This document shows positions 1 to 15,000 of a stretch of 64,000 bases of DNA, one piece after another. Under the pieces are notes generated by a model, which ran no database searches, was not told the DNA's origin, and was given only the letters and a program-made list of their open reading frames with translations. The DNA comes from Eledone cirrhosa (taxonomy: Eukaryota). The position numbers and the translations under genes were made by a program. Positions within the stretch are counted from its first letter, which is position 1. Each line of letters begins with the position of its first letter. The stretch covers positions 420,484,001 to 420,548,000 of the forward strand of contig OZ024740.1 in assembly GCA_964016885.1 (NCBI GenBank), written 5' to 3'.

Positions 1-3000
1 AACAACTTTAGTAATAACTCCTCAATAGGCGTGAACCCTAACAACTTTAGTAATAACTCCTCAATAGGTGTGAACTCTAACAACTTTAGTAATAACTCCT
101 CAACAGGTGTGAACCCTAACAACTTTAGTAATAACTCCTCAACAGGTGTGAACCCTAACAACTTTAGTAATAACTCCTCAACAGGTGTGAACCCTAACAA
201 CTTTAGTAATAACTCCTCAATAGGTGTGAACCCTAACAACTTTAGTAATAACTCCTCAACAGGTGTCAACCCTAACAACTTTAGTAATAACTCTTCAACA
301 GGTGTGAACCCTAACAACTTTAGTAATAACTCCTCAATAGGCGTGAACCCTAACAGCTTTAGTAATAACTCCTTAATAGGTGTGAACCCTAACAACTTTA
401 GTAATAACTCCTCAACAGGTCTGAACCCTAACAATTTTAGTAATAACTCCTCAACAGGTGTGAACCCTAACAACTTTAGTAATAACTCCTCAACAGGTGT
501 CAACCCTAACAACTTTAGTAATAACTCCTCAACAGGTGTCAACCCTAACAACTTTAGTAATAACTCCTCAATAGGCGTGAACCCTAACAACTTTAGTAAT
601 AACTCCTCAACAGGTGTGAACCCTAACAACTTTAGTAATAACTCCTCAATTGGTGTGAACCCTAACAACTTTAGTAATAACTCCTCAACAGGTGTGAACC
701 CTAACAACTTTAGTAATAACTCCTCAATAGGCGTGAACCCTGAACAACTTTAGTAATAACTCCTCAACAGGTGTCAACCCTAACAACTTTAGTAATAACT
801 CCTCAACAGGTGTGAACCCTAACAACTTTAGTAATAACTCCTTAATAGGTGTGAACCCTAACAACTTTAGTAATAACTCCTTAATAGGTGTGAACCCTGA
901 ACAACTTTAGTAATAACTCCTCAACAGGTGTGAACCCTAACAACTTTAATAATAACTCCTCAACAGGTGTGAACCCTAACAACTTTAGTAATAACTCCTC
1001 AACAGGTGTGAACTCTAACAACTTTAGTAATAACTCCTCAACAGGTGTGAACCCTAACAACTTTAGTAATAACTCCTCAACAGGTGTCAACCCTAACAAC
1101 TTTAGTAATAACTCCTCAACAGGTGTCAACCCTAACAACTTTAGTAATAACTCCTCAACAGGTGTGAACCCTAACAACTTTAGTAATAACTCCTCAACAG
1201 GTGTGAACTCTAACAACTTTAGTAATAACTCCTCAACAGGTGTCAACCCTAACAACTTTAGTAATAACTCCTCAACAGGTGTGAACCCTAACAACTTTAG
1301 TAATAACTCCTCAACAGGTGTCAACCCTAACAACTTTAGTAATAACTCCTTAATAGGTGTGAACTCTAACAACTTTAGTAATAACTCCTCAACAGGTGTG
1401 AACCCTAACAACTTTAGTAATAACTCCTCAACAGGTGTGAACCCTAACAACTTTAGTAATAACTCCTCAACAGGTGTCAACCCTAACAACTTTAGTAATA
1501 ACTCCTCAACAGGTGTGAACCCTAACAACTTTAGTAATAACTCCTCAACAGGTGTGAACCCTAACAATTTTAGTAATAACTCCTCAACAGGTGTGAACTC
1601 TAACAACTTTAGTAATAACTCCTCAACAGGTGTCAACCCTAACAACTTTAGTAATAACTCCTCAATAGGCGTGAACCCTAACAACTTTAGTAATAACTCC
1701 TCAATAGGTGTGAACTCTAACAACTTTAGTAATAACTCCTCAACAGGTGTGAACCCTAACAACTTTAGTAATAACTCCTCAACAGGTGTGAACCCTAACA
1801 ACTTTAGTAATAACTCCTCAACAGGTGTGAACCCTAACAACTTTAGTAATAACTCCTCAATAGGTGTGAACCCTAACAACTTTAGTAATAACTCCTCAAC
1901 AGGTGTCAACCCTAACAACTTTAGTAATAACTCTTCAACAGGTGTGAACCCTAACAACTTTAGTAATAACTCCTCAATAGGCGTGAACCCTAACAGCTTT
2001 AGTAATAACTCCTTAATAGGTGTGAACCCTAACAACTTTAGTAATAACTCCTCAACAGGTCTGAACCCTAACAATTTTAGTAATAACTCCTCAACAGGTG
2101 TGAACCCTAACAACTTTAGTAATAACTCCTCAACAGGTGTCAACCCTAACAACTTTAGTAATAACTCCTCAACAGGTGTCAATCCTAACAACTTTAGTAA
2201 TAACTCCTCAATAGGCGTGAACCCTAACAACTTTAGTAATAACTCCTTAATAGGTGTGAACCCTAACAACTTTAGTAATAACTCCTCAACAGGTGTGAAC
2301 CCTAACAACTTTAGTAATAACTCCTCAACAGGTGTGAACCCTAACAACTTTAGTAATAACTCCTCAACAGGTGTGAACCCTAACAACTTTAGTAATAACT
2401 CCTCAACAGATGTGAACCCTAACAACTTTAGTAATAACTCCTCAACAGGTGTGAACCCTAACAACTTTAGTAATAACTCCTCAACAGGTGTGAACCCTAA
2501 CAACTTTAGTAATAACTCCTCAACAGGTGTGAACCCTAACAACTTTAGTAATAACTCCTCAACAGATGTGAACCCTAACAACTTTAGTAATAACTCCTCA
2601 ACAGGTGTGAACCCTAACAACTTTAGTAATAACTCCTCAACAGGTGTGAACCCTAACAACTTTAGGAATAACTCCGCAATAGGTGTGAACCCTAACAACT
2701 TTAGTAATAACTCCTCAACAGATGTGAACCCTAACAACTTTAGGAATTACTCCTCAACAGGTGTGAACCCTAACAACTTTAGTAATAACTCCTCAATAGG
2801 CGTGAACCCTAACAACTTTAGTAATAACTCCTCAACAGGTGTGAACCCTAACAACTTTAGTAATAACTCCTCAACAGATGTGAACCCTAACAACTTTAGG
2901 AATAACTCCTCAACAGGTGTGAACCCTAACAACTTTAGTAATAACTCCTCAACAGATGTGAACCCTAACAACTTTAGTAATAACTCCTCAACAGGTGTGA

Positions 3001-6000
3001 ACCCTAACAACTTTAGTAATAACTCCTCAACAGGTGTGAACCCTAACAACTTTAGGAATAACTCCTCAATAGGTGTGAACCCTAACAACAACTTGAGTAA
3101 TAACTCCTCAATAGGTGTGAACCCTAACAACAACTTTAGTAATAACTCCTCAATAGGCGTGAACCCTAACAACTTTAGTAATAACTCCTCAATAGGTGTG
3201 AACCCTAACAACTTTAGTAATAACTCCTCAATAGGTGTGAACCCTAACAACATTAGTAATAACTCCTCAATAGGTGTGAACCCTAACAACTTTAGTAATA
3301 ACTCCTCAATAGGTGTGAACCCTAATAACTTTAGTAATAACTCCTCAACAGGTGTGAACCCTAACAACTTTAGTAATAACTCCTCAATAGGTGTGAACCC
3401 TAACAACTTTAGTAATAACACCTCAACAGGTGTGAACCCTAACAACTTTAGTAATAACTCCTCAATAGGTGTGAACTCTAACAACTTTAGTAATAACTCC
3501 TCAATAGGCGTGAACCCTAACAACTTTAGTAATAACTCCTCAATAGGTGTGAACCCTAACAACTTTAGTAATAACTCCTCAATAGGTGTGAACCCTAACA
3601 ACTTTAGTAATAACTCCTCAATAGGTGTGAACCCTAACAACTTTAGTAATAACTCCTCAATAGGTGTGAACCCTAACAACTTTAGTAATAACTCCTCAAT
3701 AGGTGTGAACCCTAACAACTTTAGTAATAACTCCTCAATAGGTGTGAACCCTAACAACTTTAGTAATAACTCCTCAATAGGTGTGAACCCTAACAACTTT
3801 AGTAGTAACTCCTCAACAGATGTGAACTCTAACAACTTTAGTAATAACTCCTCAATAGGCGTGAACTCTAACAACTTTAGTAATAACTCCTCAATAGGTG
3901 TGAACCCTAACAACTTTAGTAATAACTCCTCAATAGGTGTGAACCCTAACAACTTTAGTAATAACTCCTCAATAGGTGTGAACCCTAACAACTTTAGTAA
4001 TAACTCCTCAATAGGTGTGAACCCTAACAACTTTAGTAATAACTCCTCAATAGGTGTGAACCCTAACAACTTTAGTAATAACTCCTCAACAGGTGTGAAC
4101 CCTAACAACTTTAGGAATAACTCCTCAATAGGCGTGAACCCTAACAACTTTAGTAATAACTCCTCAATAGGTGTGAACCCTAACAACTTTAGTAATAACT
4201 CCTCAACAGGTGTGAACCCTAACAACTTTAGTAATAACTCCTCAATAGGCGTGAACCCTAACAACTTTAGTAATAACTCCTCAATAGGTGTGAACCCTAA
4301 CAACTTTAGTAATAACTCCTCAACAGGTGTGGACCCTAACAACTTTAGTAATAACTCCTCAACAGGTGTGAACCCTAACAACTTTAGTAATAACTCCTCA
4401 ACAGGTGTGAACCCTAACAACTTTAGGAATAACTCCTCAATAGGCGTGAACCCTAACAACTTTAGTAATAACTCCTCAATAGGCGTGAACCCTAACAACT
4501 TTAGTAATAACTCCTCAACAGATGTGAACCCTAAAAACTTTAGTAATAACTCCTCAATAGGCGTGAACCCTAACAACTTTAGTAATAACTCCTCAATAGG
4601 TGTGAACTCTAACAACTTTAGTAATAACTCCTCAATAGGCGTGAACTCTAACAACTTTAGTAGTAACTCCTCAATAGGTGTGAACCCTAACAACTTTAGT
4701 AATAACTCCTCAATAGGCGTGAACCCTAACAACTTTAGTAATAACTCCTCAATAGGCGTGAACCCTAACAACTTTAGTAATAACTCCTCAATAGGCGTGA
4801 ACCCTAACAACTTTAGTAATAACTCCTCAATAGGCGTGAACCCTAACAACTTTAGTAATAACTCCTCAATAGGTGTGAACTCTAACAACTTTAGTAATAA
4901 CTCCTCAATAGGCGTGAACCCTAACAACTTTAGTAATAACTCCTCAACAGGTGTGAACCCTAACAACTTTAGTAATAACTCCTCAACAGGTGTGAACCCT
5001 AACAACTTTAGTAATAACTCCTCAATAGGTGTGAACCCTAACAACTTTAGTAATAACTCCTCAATAGGTGTGAGCCCTAACAACTTTAGTAATAACTCCT
5101 CAACAGGTGTGGACCCTAACAACTTTAGTAATAACTCCTCAACAGGTGTGAACCCTAACAACTTTAGTAATAACTCCTCAACAGGTGTGAACCCTAACAA
5201 CTTTAGGAATAACTCCTCAATAGGCGTGAACCCTAACAACTTTAGTAATAACTCCTCAATAGGTGTGAACCCTAACAACTTTAGTAATAACTCCTCAACA
5301 GGTGTGAACCCTAACAACTTTAGTAATAACTCCTCAATAGGGGTGAACCCTAACAACTTTAGTAATAACTCCTCAATAGGTGTGAACCCTAACAACTTTA
5401 GTAATAACTCCTCAACAGGTGTGGACCCTAACAACTTTAGTAATAACTCCTCAACAGGTGTGAACCCTAACAACTTTAGGAATAACTCCTCAATAGGCGT
5501 GAACCCTAACAACTTTAGTAATAACTCCTCAATAGGTGTGAACCCTAACAACTTTAGTAATAACTCCTCAACAGGTGTGAACCCTAACAACTTTAGTAAT
5601 AACTCCTCAATAGGCGTGAACCCTAACAACTTTAGTAATAACTCCTCAATAGGTGTGAACCCTAACAACTTTAGTAATAACTCCTCAACAGGTGTGGACC
5701 CTAACAACTTTAGTAATAACTCCTCAACAGGTGTGAACCCTAACAACTTTAGTAATAACTCCTCAACAGGTGTGAACCCTAACAACTTTAGGAATAACTC
5801 CTCAATAGGCGTGAACCCTAACAACTTTAGTAATAACTCCTCAATAGGTGTGAACCCTAACAACTTTAGTAATAACTCCTCAATAGGCGTGAACCCTAAC
5901 AACTTTAGTAATAACTCCTCAACAGATGTGAACCCTAAAAACTTTAGTAATAACTCCTCAATAGGCGTGAACCCTAACAACTTTAGTAATAACTCCTCAA

Positions 6001-9000
6001 TAGGTGTGAACTCTAACAACTTTAGTAATAACTCCTCAATAGGCGTGAACTCTAACAACTTTAGTAGTAACTCCTCAATAGGTGTGAACCCTAACAACTT
6101 TAGTAATAACTCCTCAATAGGCGTGAACCCTAACAACTTTAGTAATAACTCCTCAATAGGCGTGAACCCTAACAACTTTAGTAATAACTCCTCAATAGGC
6201 GTGAACTCTAACAACTTTAGTAATAACTCCTCAATAGGCGTGAACCCTTACAACTTTAGTAATAACTCCTCAATAGGCGTGAACCCTAACAACTTTAGTA
6301 ATAACTCCTCAATAGGCGTGAACCCTAACAACTTTAGTAATAACTCCTCAACAGGTGTGAACCCTAACAACTTTAGTAATAACTCCTCAATAGGCGTGAA
6401 CCCTAACAACTTTAGTAATAACTCCTCAATAGGCGTGAACCCTAACAACTTTAGTAATAACTCCTCAATAGGCGTGAACCCTAACAACTTTAGTAATAAC
6501 TCCTCAATAGGCGTGAACCCTAACAACTTTAGTAATAACTCTTCAATAGGCGTGAACCCTAACAACTTTAGTAATAACTCTTCAATAGGCGTGAACCCTA
6601 ACAACTTTAGTAATAACTCCTCAATATGCGTGAACCCTAACAACTTTAGTAATAACTCCTCAATAGGTGTGAACCCTAACAACTTTAGTAATAACTCCTC
6701 AATAGGTGTGAACTCTAACAACTTTAGTAATAACTCCTCAACAGGTGTGAACCCTAACAACTTTAGTAATAACTCCTCAACAGGTGTGAACCCTAACAAC
6801 TTTAGTAATAACTCCTCAATAGGTGTGAACTCTAACAACTTTAGTAATAACTCCTCAATAGGTGTGAACCCTAACAACTTTAGTAATAACTCCTCAATAG
6901 GTGTGAACCCTAACAACTTTAGTAATAACTCCTCAACAGGTGTGGACCCTAACAACTTTAGTAATAACTCCTCAACAGGTGTGAACCCTAACAACTTTAG
7001 TAATAACTCCTCAACAGGTGTGAACCCTAACAACTTTAGGAATAACTCCTCAATAGGCGTGAACCCTAACAACTTCAGTAATAACTCCTCAATAGGTGTG
7101 AACCCTAACAACTTTAGTAATAACTCCTCAACAGGTGTGAACCCTAACAACTTTAGTAATAACTCCTCAATAGGCATGAACCCTAACAACTTTAGTAATA
7201 ACTCCTCAATAGGTGTGAACCCTAACAACTTTAGTAATAACTCCTCAACAGGTGTGGACCCTAACAACTTTAGTAATAACTCCTCAACAGGTGTGAACCC
7301 TAACAACTTTAGTAATAACTCCTCAACAGGTGTGAACCCTAACAACTTTAGGAATAACTCCTCAATAGGCGTGAACCCTAACAACTTTAGTAATAACTCC
7401 TCAATAGGTGTGAACCCTAACAACTTTAGTAATAACTCCTCAACAGGTGTGAACCCTAACAACTTTAGTAATAACTCCTCAATAGGCGTAAACCCAACAA
7501 CTTTAGTAATAACTCCTCAATAGGTGTGAACCCTAACAACTTTAGTAATAACTCCTCAACAGGTGTGGACCCTAACAACTTTAGTAATAACTCCTCAACA
7601 GGTGTGAACCCTAACAACTTTAGTAATAACTCCTCAACAGGTGTGAACCCTAACAACTTTAGGAATAACTCCTCAATAGGCGTGAACCCTAACAACTTTA
7701 GTAATAACTCCTCAATAGGTGTGAACCCTAACAACTTTAGTAATAACTCCTCAACAGGTGTGAACCCTAACAACTTTAGTAATAACTCCTCAATAGGCGT
7801 GAACCCTAACAACTTTAGTAATAACTCCTCAACAGATGTGAACCCTAAAAACTTTAGTAATAACTCCTCAATAGGCGTGAACCCTAACAACTTTAGTAAT
7901 AACTCCTCAATAGGTGTGAACTCTAACAACTTTAGTAATAACTCCTCAATAGGCGTGAACTCTAACAACTTTAGTAGTAACTCCTCAATAGGTGTGAACC
8001 CTAACAACTTTAGTAATAACTCCTCAATAGGCGTGAACCCTAACAACTTTAGTAATAACTCCTCAATAGGCGTGAACCCTAACAACTTTAGTAATAACTC
8101 CTCAATAGGCGTGAACCCTAACAACTTTAGTAATAACTCCTCAACAGGTGTGAACCCTAACAACTTTAGTAATAACTCCTCAATAGGCGTGAACCCTAAC
8201 AACTTTAGTAATAACTCCTCAATAGGCGTGAACCCTAACAACTTTAGTAATAACTCCTCAATAGGCGTGAACCCTAACAACTTTAGTAATAACTCCTCAA
8301 CAGATGTGAACCCTAAAAACTTTAGTAATAACTCCTCAATAGGCGTGAACCCTAACAACTTTAGTAATAACTCCTCAATAGGTGTGAACTCTAACAACTT
8401 TAGTAATAACTCCTCAATAGGTGTGAACCCTAACAACTTTAGTAGTAACTCCTCAACAGATGTGAACTCTAACAACTTTAGTAATAACTCCTCAATAGGC
8501 GTGAACTCTAACAACTTTAGTAATAACTCCTCAATAGGTGTGAACCCTAACAACTTTAGTAATAACTCCTCAATAGGTGTGAACCCTAACAACTTTAGTA
8601 ATAACTCCTCAATAGGTGTGAACCCTAACAACTTTAGTAATAACTCCTCAATAGGTGTGAACCCTAACAACTTTAGTAATAACTCCTCAATAGGTGTGAA
8701 CCCTAACAACTTTAGTAATAACTCCTCAATAGGTGTGAACCCTAACAACTTTAGTAGTAACTCCTCAACAGATGTGAACTCTAACAACTTTAGTAATAAC
8801 TCCTCAATAGGCGTGAACTCTAACAACTTTAGTAATAACTCCTCAATAGGTGTGAACCCTAACAACTTTAGTAATAACTCCTCAATTGGTGTGAACCCTA
8901 ACAACTTTAGTAATAACTCCTCAATAGGCATGAACCCTAACAACTTTAGTAATAACTCCTCAACAGGTGTGAACCCTAACAACTTTAGCAATAACTCCTC

Positions 9001-12000
9001 AATAGGCGTGAACCCTAACAACTTTAGTAATAACTCCTCAATTGGTGTGAACCCTAACAACTTTAGTAATAACTCCTCAATAGGTGTGAACCCTAACAAC
9101 TTTAGTAATAACTCCTCAACAGGTGTGAACTCTAACAACTTTAGTAATAACTCCTCAACAGGTGTGAACCCTAACAACTTTAGTAATAACTCCTCAATAG
9201 GTGTGAACTCTAACAACTTTAGTAATAACTCCTCAATAGGCGTGAACCCTAACAACTTTAGTAATAACTCCTCAACAGGTGTGAACCCTAACAACTTTAG
9301 TAATAACTCCTCAACAGGTGTGAACCCTAACAACTTTAGTAATAACTCCTCAATAGGTGTGAACCCTAACAACTTTAGTAATAACTCCTCAATAGGTGTG
9401 AGCCCTAACAACTTTAGTAATAACTCCTCAACAGGTGTGGACCCTAACAACTTTAGTAATAACTCCTCAACAGGTGTGAACCCTAACAACTTTAGTAATA
9501 ACTCCTCAACAGGTGTGAACCCTAACAACTTTAGTAATAACTCCTCAATAGGTGTGAACCCTAACAACTTTAGTAATAACTCCTCAATAGGCGTGAACCC
9601 TAACAACTTTAGTAATAACTCCTCAATAGGCGTGAACCCTAACAACTTTAGTAATAACTCCTCAATAGGCGTGAACCCTAACAACTTTAGTAATAACTCC
9701 TCAACAGATGTGAACCCTAAAAACTTTAGTAATAACTCCTCAATAGGCGTGAACCCTAACAACTTTAGTAATAACTCCTCAATAGGTGTGAACTCTAACA
9801 ACTTTAGTAATAACTCCTCAATAGGTGTGAACCCTAACAACTTTAGTAGTAACTCCTCAACAGATGTGAACTCTAACAACTTTAGTAATAACTCCTCAAT
9901 AGGCGTGAACTCTAACAACTTTAGTAATAACTCCTCAATAGGTGTGAACCCTAACAACTTTAGTAATAACTCCTCAATAGGTGTGAACCCTAACAACTTT
10001 AGTAATAACTCCTCAATAGGTGTGAACCCTAACAACTTTAGTAATAACTCCTCAATAGGTGTGAACCCTAACAACTTTAGTAATAACTCCTCAATAGGTG
10101 TGAACCCTAACAACTTTAGTAATAACTCCTCAATAGGTGTGAACCCTAACAACTTTAGTAGTAACTCCTCAACAGATGTGAACTCTAACAACTTTAGTAA
10201 TAACTCCTCAATAGGCGTGAACTCTAACAACTTTAGTAATAACTCCTCAATAGGTGTGAACCCTAACAACTTTAGTAATAACTCCTCAATTGGTGTGAAC
10301 CCTAACAACTTTAGTAATAACTCCTCAATAGGCATGAACCCTAACAACTTTAGTAATAACTCCTCAACAGGTGTGAACCCTAACAACTTTAGCAATAACT
10401 CCTCAATAGGCGTGAACCCTAACAACTTTAGTAATAACTCCTCAATTGGTGTGAACCCTAACAACTTTAGTAATAACTCCTCAATAGGTGTGAACCCTAA
10501 CAACTTTAGTAATAACTCCTCAACAGGTGTGAACTCTAACAACTTTAGTAATAACTCCTCAACAGGTGTGAACCCTAACAACTTTAGTAATAACTCCTCA
10601 ATAGGTGTGAACTCTAACAACTTTAGTAATAACTCCTCAATAGGCGTGAACCCTAACAACTTTAGTAATAACTCCTCAACAGGTGTGAACCCTAACAACT
10701 TTAGTAATAACTCCTCAACAGGTGTGAACCCTAACAACTTTAGTAATAACTCCTCAATAGGTGTGAACCCTAACAACTTTAGTAATAACTCCTCAATAGG
10801 TGTGAGCCCTAACAACTTTAGTAATAACTCCTCAACAGGTGTGGACCCTAACAACTTTAGTAATAACTCCTCAACAGGTGTGAACCCTAACAACTTTAGT
10901 AATAACTCCTCAACAGGTGTGAACCCTAACAACTTTAGGAATAACTCCTCAATAGGCGTGAACCCTAACAACTTTAGTAATAACTCCTCAATAGGTGTGA
11001 ACCCTAACAACTTTAGTAATAACTCCTCAACAGGTGTGAACCCTAACAACTTTAGTAATAACTCCTCAATAGGCGTGAACCCTAACAACTTTAGTAATAA
11101 CTCCTCAATAGGTGTGAACCCTAACAACTTTAGTAATAACTCCTCAACAGGTGTGGACCCTAACAACTTTAGTAATAACTCAACAGGTGTGAACCCTAAC
11201 AACTTTAGTAATAACTCCTCAACAGGTGTGAACCCTAACAACTTTAGGAATAACTCCTCAATAGGCGTGAACCCTAACAACTTTAGTAATAACTCCTCAA
11301 TAGGTGTGAACCCTAACAACTTTAGTAATAACTCCTCAACAGGTGTGAACCCTAACAACTTTAGTAATAACTCCTCAATAGGCGTGAACCCTAACAACTT
11401 TAGTAATAACTCCTCAATAGGTGTGAACCCTAACAACTTTAGTAATAACTCCTCAACAGGTGTGGACCCTAACAACTTTAGTAATAACTCCTCAACAGGT
11501 GTGAACCCTAACAACTTTAGTAATAACTCCTCAACAGGTGTGAACCCTAACAACTTTAGGAATAACTCCTCAATAGGCGTGAACCCTAACAACTTTAGTA
11601 ATAACTCCTCAATAGGCGTGAACCCTAACAACTTTAGTAATAACTCCTCAACAGATGTGAACCCTAAAAACTTTAGTAATAACTCCTCAATAGGCGTGAA
11701 CCCTAACAACTTTAGTAATAACTCCTCAATAGGTGTGAACTCTAACAACTTTAGTAATAACTCCTCAATAGGCGTGAACTCTAACAACTTTAGTAGTAAC
11801 TCCTCAATAGGTGTGAACCCTAACAACTTTAGTAATAACTCCTCAATAGGCGTGAACCCTAACAACTTTAGTAATAACTCCTCAATAGGCGTGAACCCTA
11901 ACAACTTTAGTAATAACTCCTCAATAGGCGTGAACTCTAACAACTTTAGTAATAACTCCTCAATAGGCGTGAACCCTAACAACTTTAGTAATAACTCCTT

Positions 12001-15000
12001 AATAGGTGTGAACTCTAACAACTTTAGTAATAACTCCTCAATAGGCGTGAACCCTAACAACTTTAGTAATAACTCCTCAATAGGCGTGAACCCTAACAAC
12101 TTTAGTAATAACTCCTCAATAGGTGTGAACTCTAACAACTTTAGTAATAACTCCTCAATAGGCGTGAACCCTAACAACTTTAGTAATAACTCCTCAACAG
12201 GTGTTAACCCTAACAACTTTAGTAATAACTCCTCAACAGGTGTGAACCCTAACAACTTTAGTAATAACTCCTCAATAGGTGTGAACCCTAACAACTTTAG
12301 TAATAACTCCTCAATAGGTGTGAGCCCTAACAACTTTAGTAATAACTCCTCAACAGGTGTGGACCCTAACAACTTTAGTAATAACTCCTCAACAGGTGTG
12401 AACCCTAACAACTTTAGTAATAACTCCTCAACAGGTGTGAACCCTAACAACTTTAGGAATAACTCCTCAATAGGCGTGAACCCTAACAACTTTAGTAATA
12501 ACTCCTCAATAGGTGTGAACCCTAACAACTTTAGTAATAACTCCTCAACAGGTGTGAACCCTAACAACTTTAGTAATAACTCCTCAATAGGGGTGAACCC
12601 TAACAACTTTAGTAATAACTCCTCAACAGGTGTGGACCCTAACAACTTTAGTAATAACTCCTCAACAGGTGTGGACCCTAACAACTTTAGTAATAACTCC
12701 TCAACAGGTGTGAACCCTAACAACTTTAGGAATAACTCCTCAATAGGCGTGAACCCTAACAACTTTAGTAATAACTCCTCAATAGGTGTGAACCCTAACA
12801 ACTTTAGTAATAACTCCTCAACAGGTGTGAACCCTAACAACTTTAGTAATAACTCCTCAATAGGCGTGAACCCTAACAACTTTAGTAATAACTCCTCAAT
12901 AGGTGTGAACCCTAACAACTTTAGTAATAACTCCTCAACAGGTGTGGACCCTAACAACTTTAGTAATAACTCCTCAACAGGTGTGAACCCTAACAACTTT
13001 AGTAATAACTCCTCAACAGGTGTGAACCCTAACAACTTTAGGAATAACTCCTCAATAGGCGTGAACCCTAACAACTTTAGTAATAACTCCTCAATAGGTG
13101 TGAACCCTAACAACTTTAGTAATAACTCCTCAATAGGCGTGAACCCTAACAACTTTAGTAATAACTCCTCAACAGATGTGAACCCTAAAAACTTTAGTAA
13201 TAACTCCTCAATAGGCGTGAACCCTAACAACTTTAGTAATAACTCCTCAATAGGTGTGAACTCTAACAACTTTAGTAATAACTCCTCAATAGGCGTGAAC
13301 TCTAACAACTTTAGTAGTAACTCCTCAATAGGTGTGAACCCTAACAACTTTAGTAATAACTCCTCAATAGGCGTGAACCCTAACAACTTTAGTAATAACT
13401 CCTCAATAGGCGTGAACCCTAACAACTTTAGTAATAACTCCTCAATAGGCGTGAACTCTAACAACTTTAGTAATAACTCCTCAATAGGCGTGAACCCTTA
13501 CAACTTTAGTAATAACTCCTCAATAGGCGTGAACCCTAACAACTTTAGTAATAACTCCTCAATAGGCGTGAACCCTAACAACTTTAGTAATAACTCCTCA
13601 ACAGGTGTGAACCCTAACAACTTTAGTAATAACTCCTCAATAGGCGTGAACCCTAACAACTTTAGTAATAACTCCTCAATAGGCGTGAACCCTAACAACT
13701 TTAGTAATAACTCCTCAATAGGCGTGAACCCTAACAACTTTAGTAATAACTCCTCAATAGGCGTGAACCCTAACAACTTTAGTAATAACTCTTCAATAGG
13801 CGTGAACCCTAACAACTTTAGTAATAACTCCTCAATATGCGTGAACCCTAACAACTTTAGTAATAACTCCTCAATAGGTGTGAACCCTAACAACTTTAGT
13901 AATAACTCTTCAATAGGCGTGAACCCTAACAACTTTAGTAATAACTCTTCAACAGGCGTGAACCCTAACAACTTTAGTAATAACTCCTCAATAGGTGTGA
14001 ACTCTAACAACTTTAGTAATAACTCCTCAACAGGTGTGAACCCTAACAACTTTAGTAATAACTCCTCAACAGGTGTGAACCCTAACAACTTTAGTAATAA
14101 CTCCTCAATAGGTGTGAACTCTAACAACTTTAGTAATAACTCCTCAATAGGTGTGAACCCTAACAACTTTAGTAATAACTCCTCAATAGGTGTGAACCCT
14201 AACAACTTTAGTAATAACTCCTCAACAGGTGTGGACCCTAACAACTTTAGTAATAACTCCTCAACAGGTGTGAACCCTAACAACTTTAGTAATAACTCCT
14301 CAACAGGTGTGAACCCTAACAACTTTAGGAATAACTCCTCAATAGGCGTGAACCCTAACAACTTCAGTAATAACTCCTCAATAGTTGTGAACCCTAACAA
14401 CTTTAGTAATAACTCCTCAACAGGTGTGAACCCTAACAACTTTAGTAATAACTCCTCAATAGGCATGAACCCTAACAACTTTAGTAATAACTCCTCAATA
14501 GGTGTGAACCCTAACAACTTTAGTAATAACTCCTCAACAGGTGTGGACCCTAACAACTTTAGTAATAACTCCTCAACAGGTGTGAACTCTAACAACTTTA
14601 GTAATAACTCCTCAACAGGTGTGAACCCTAACAACTTTAGGAATAACTCCTCAATAGGCGTGAACCCTAACAACTTTAGTAATAACTCCTCAATAGGTGT
14701 GAACCCTAACAACTTTAGTAATAACTCCTCAACAGGTGTGAACCCTAACAACTTTAGTAATAACTCCTCAATAGGCGTGAACCCTAACAACTTTAGTAAT
14801 AACTCCTCAATAGGTGTGAACCCTAACAACTTTAGTAATAACTCCTCAACAGGTGTGGACCCTAACAACTTTAGTAATAACTCCTCAACAGGTGTGAACC
14901 CTAACAACTTTAGTAATAACTCCTCAACAGGTGTGAACCCTAACAACTTTAGGAATAACTCCTCAATAGGCGTGAACCCTAACAACTTTAGTAATAACTC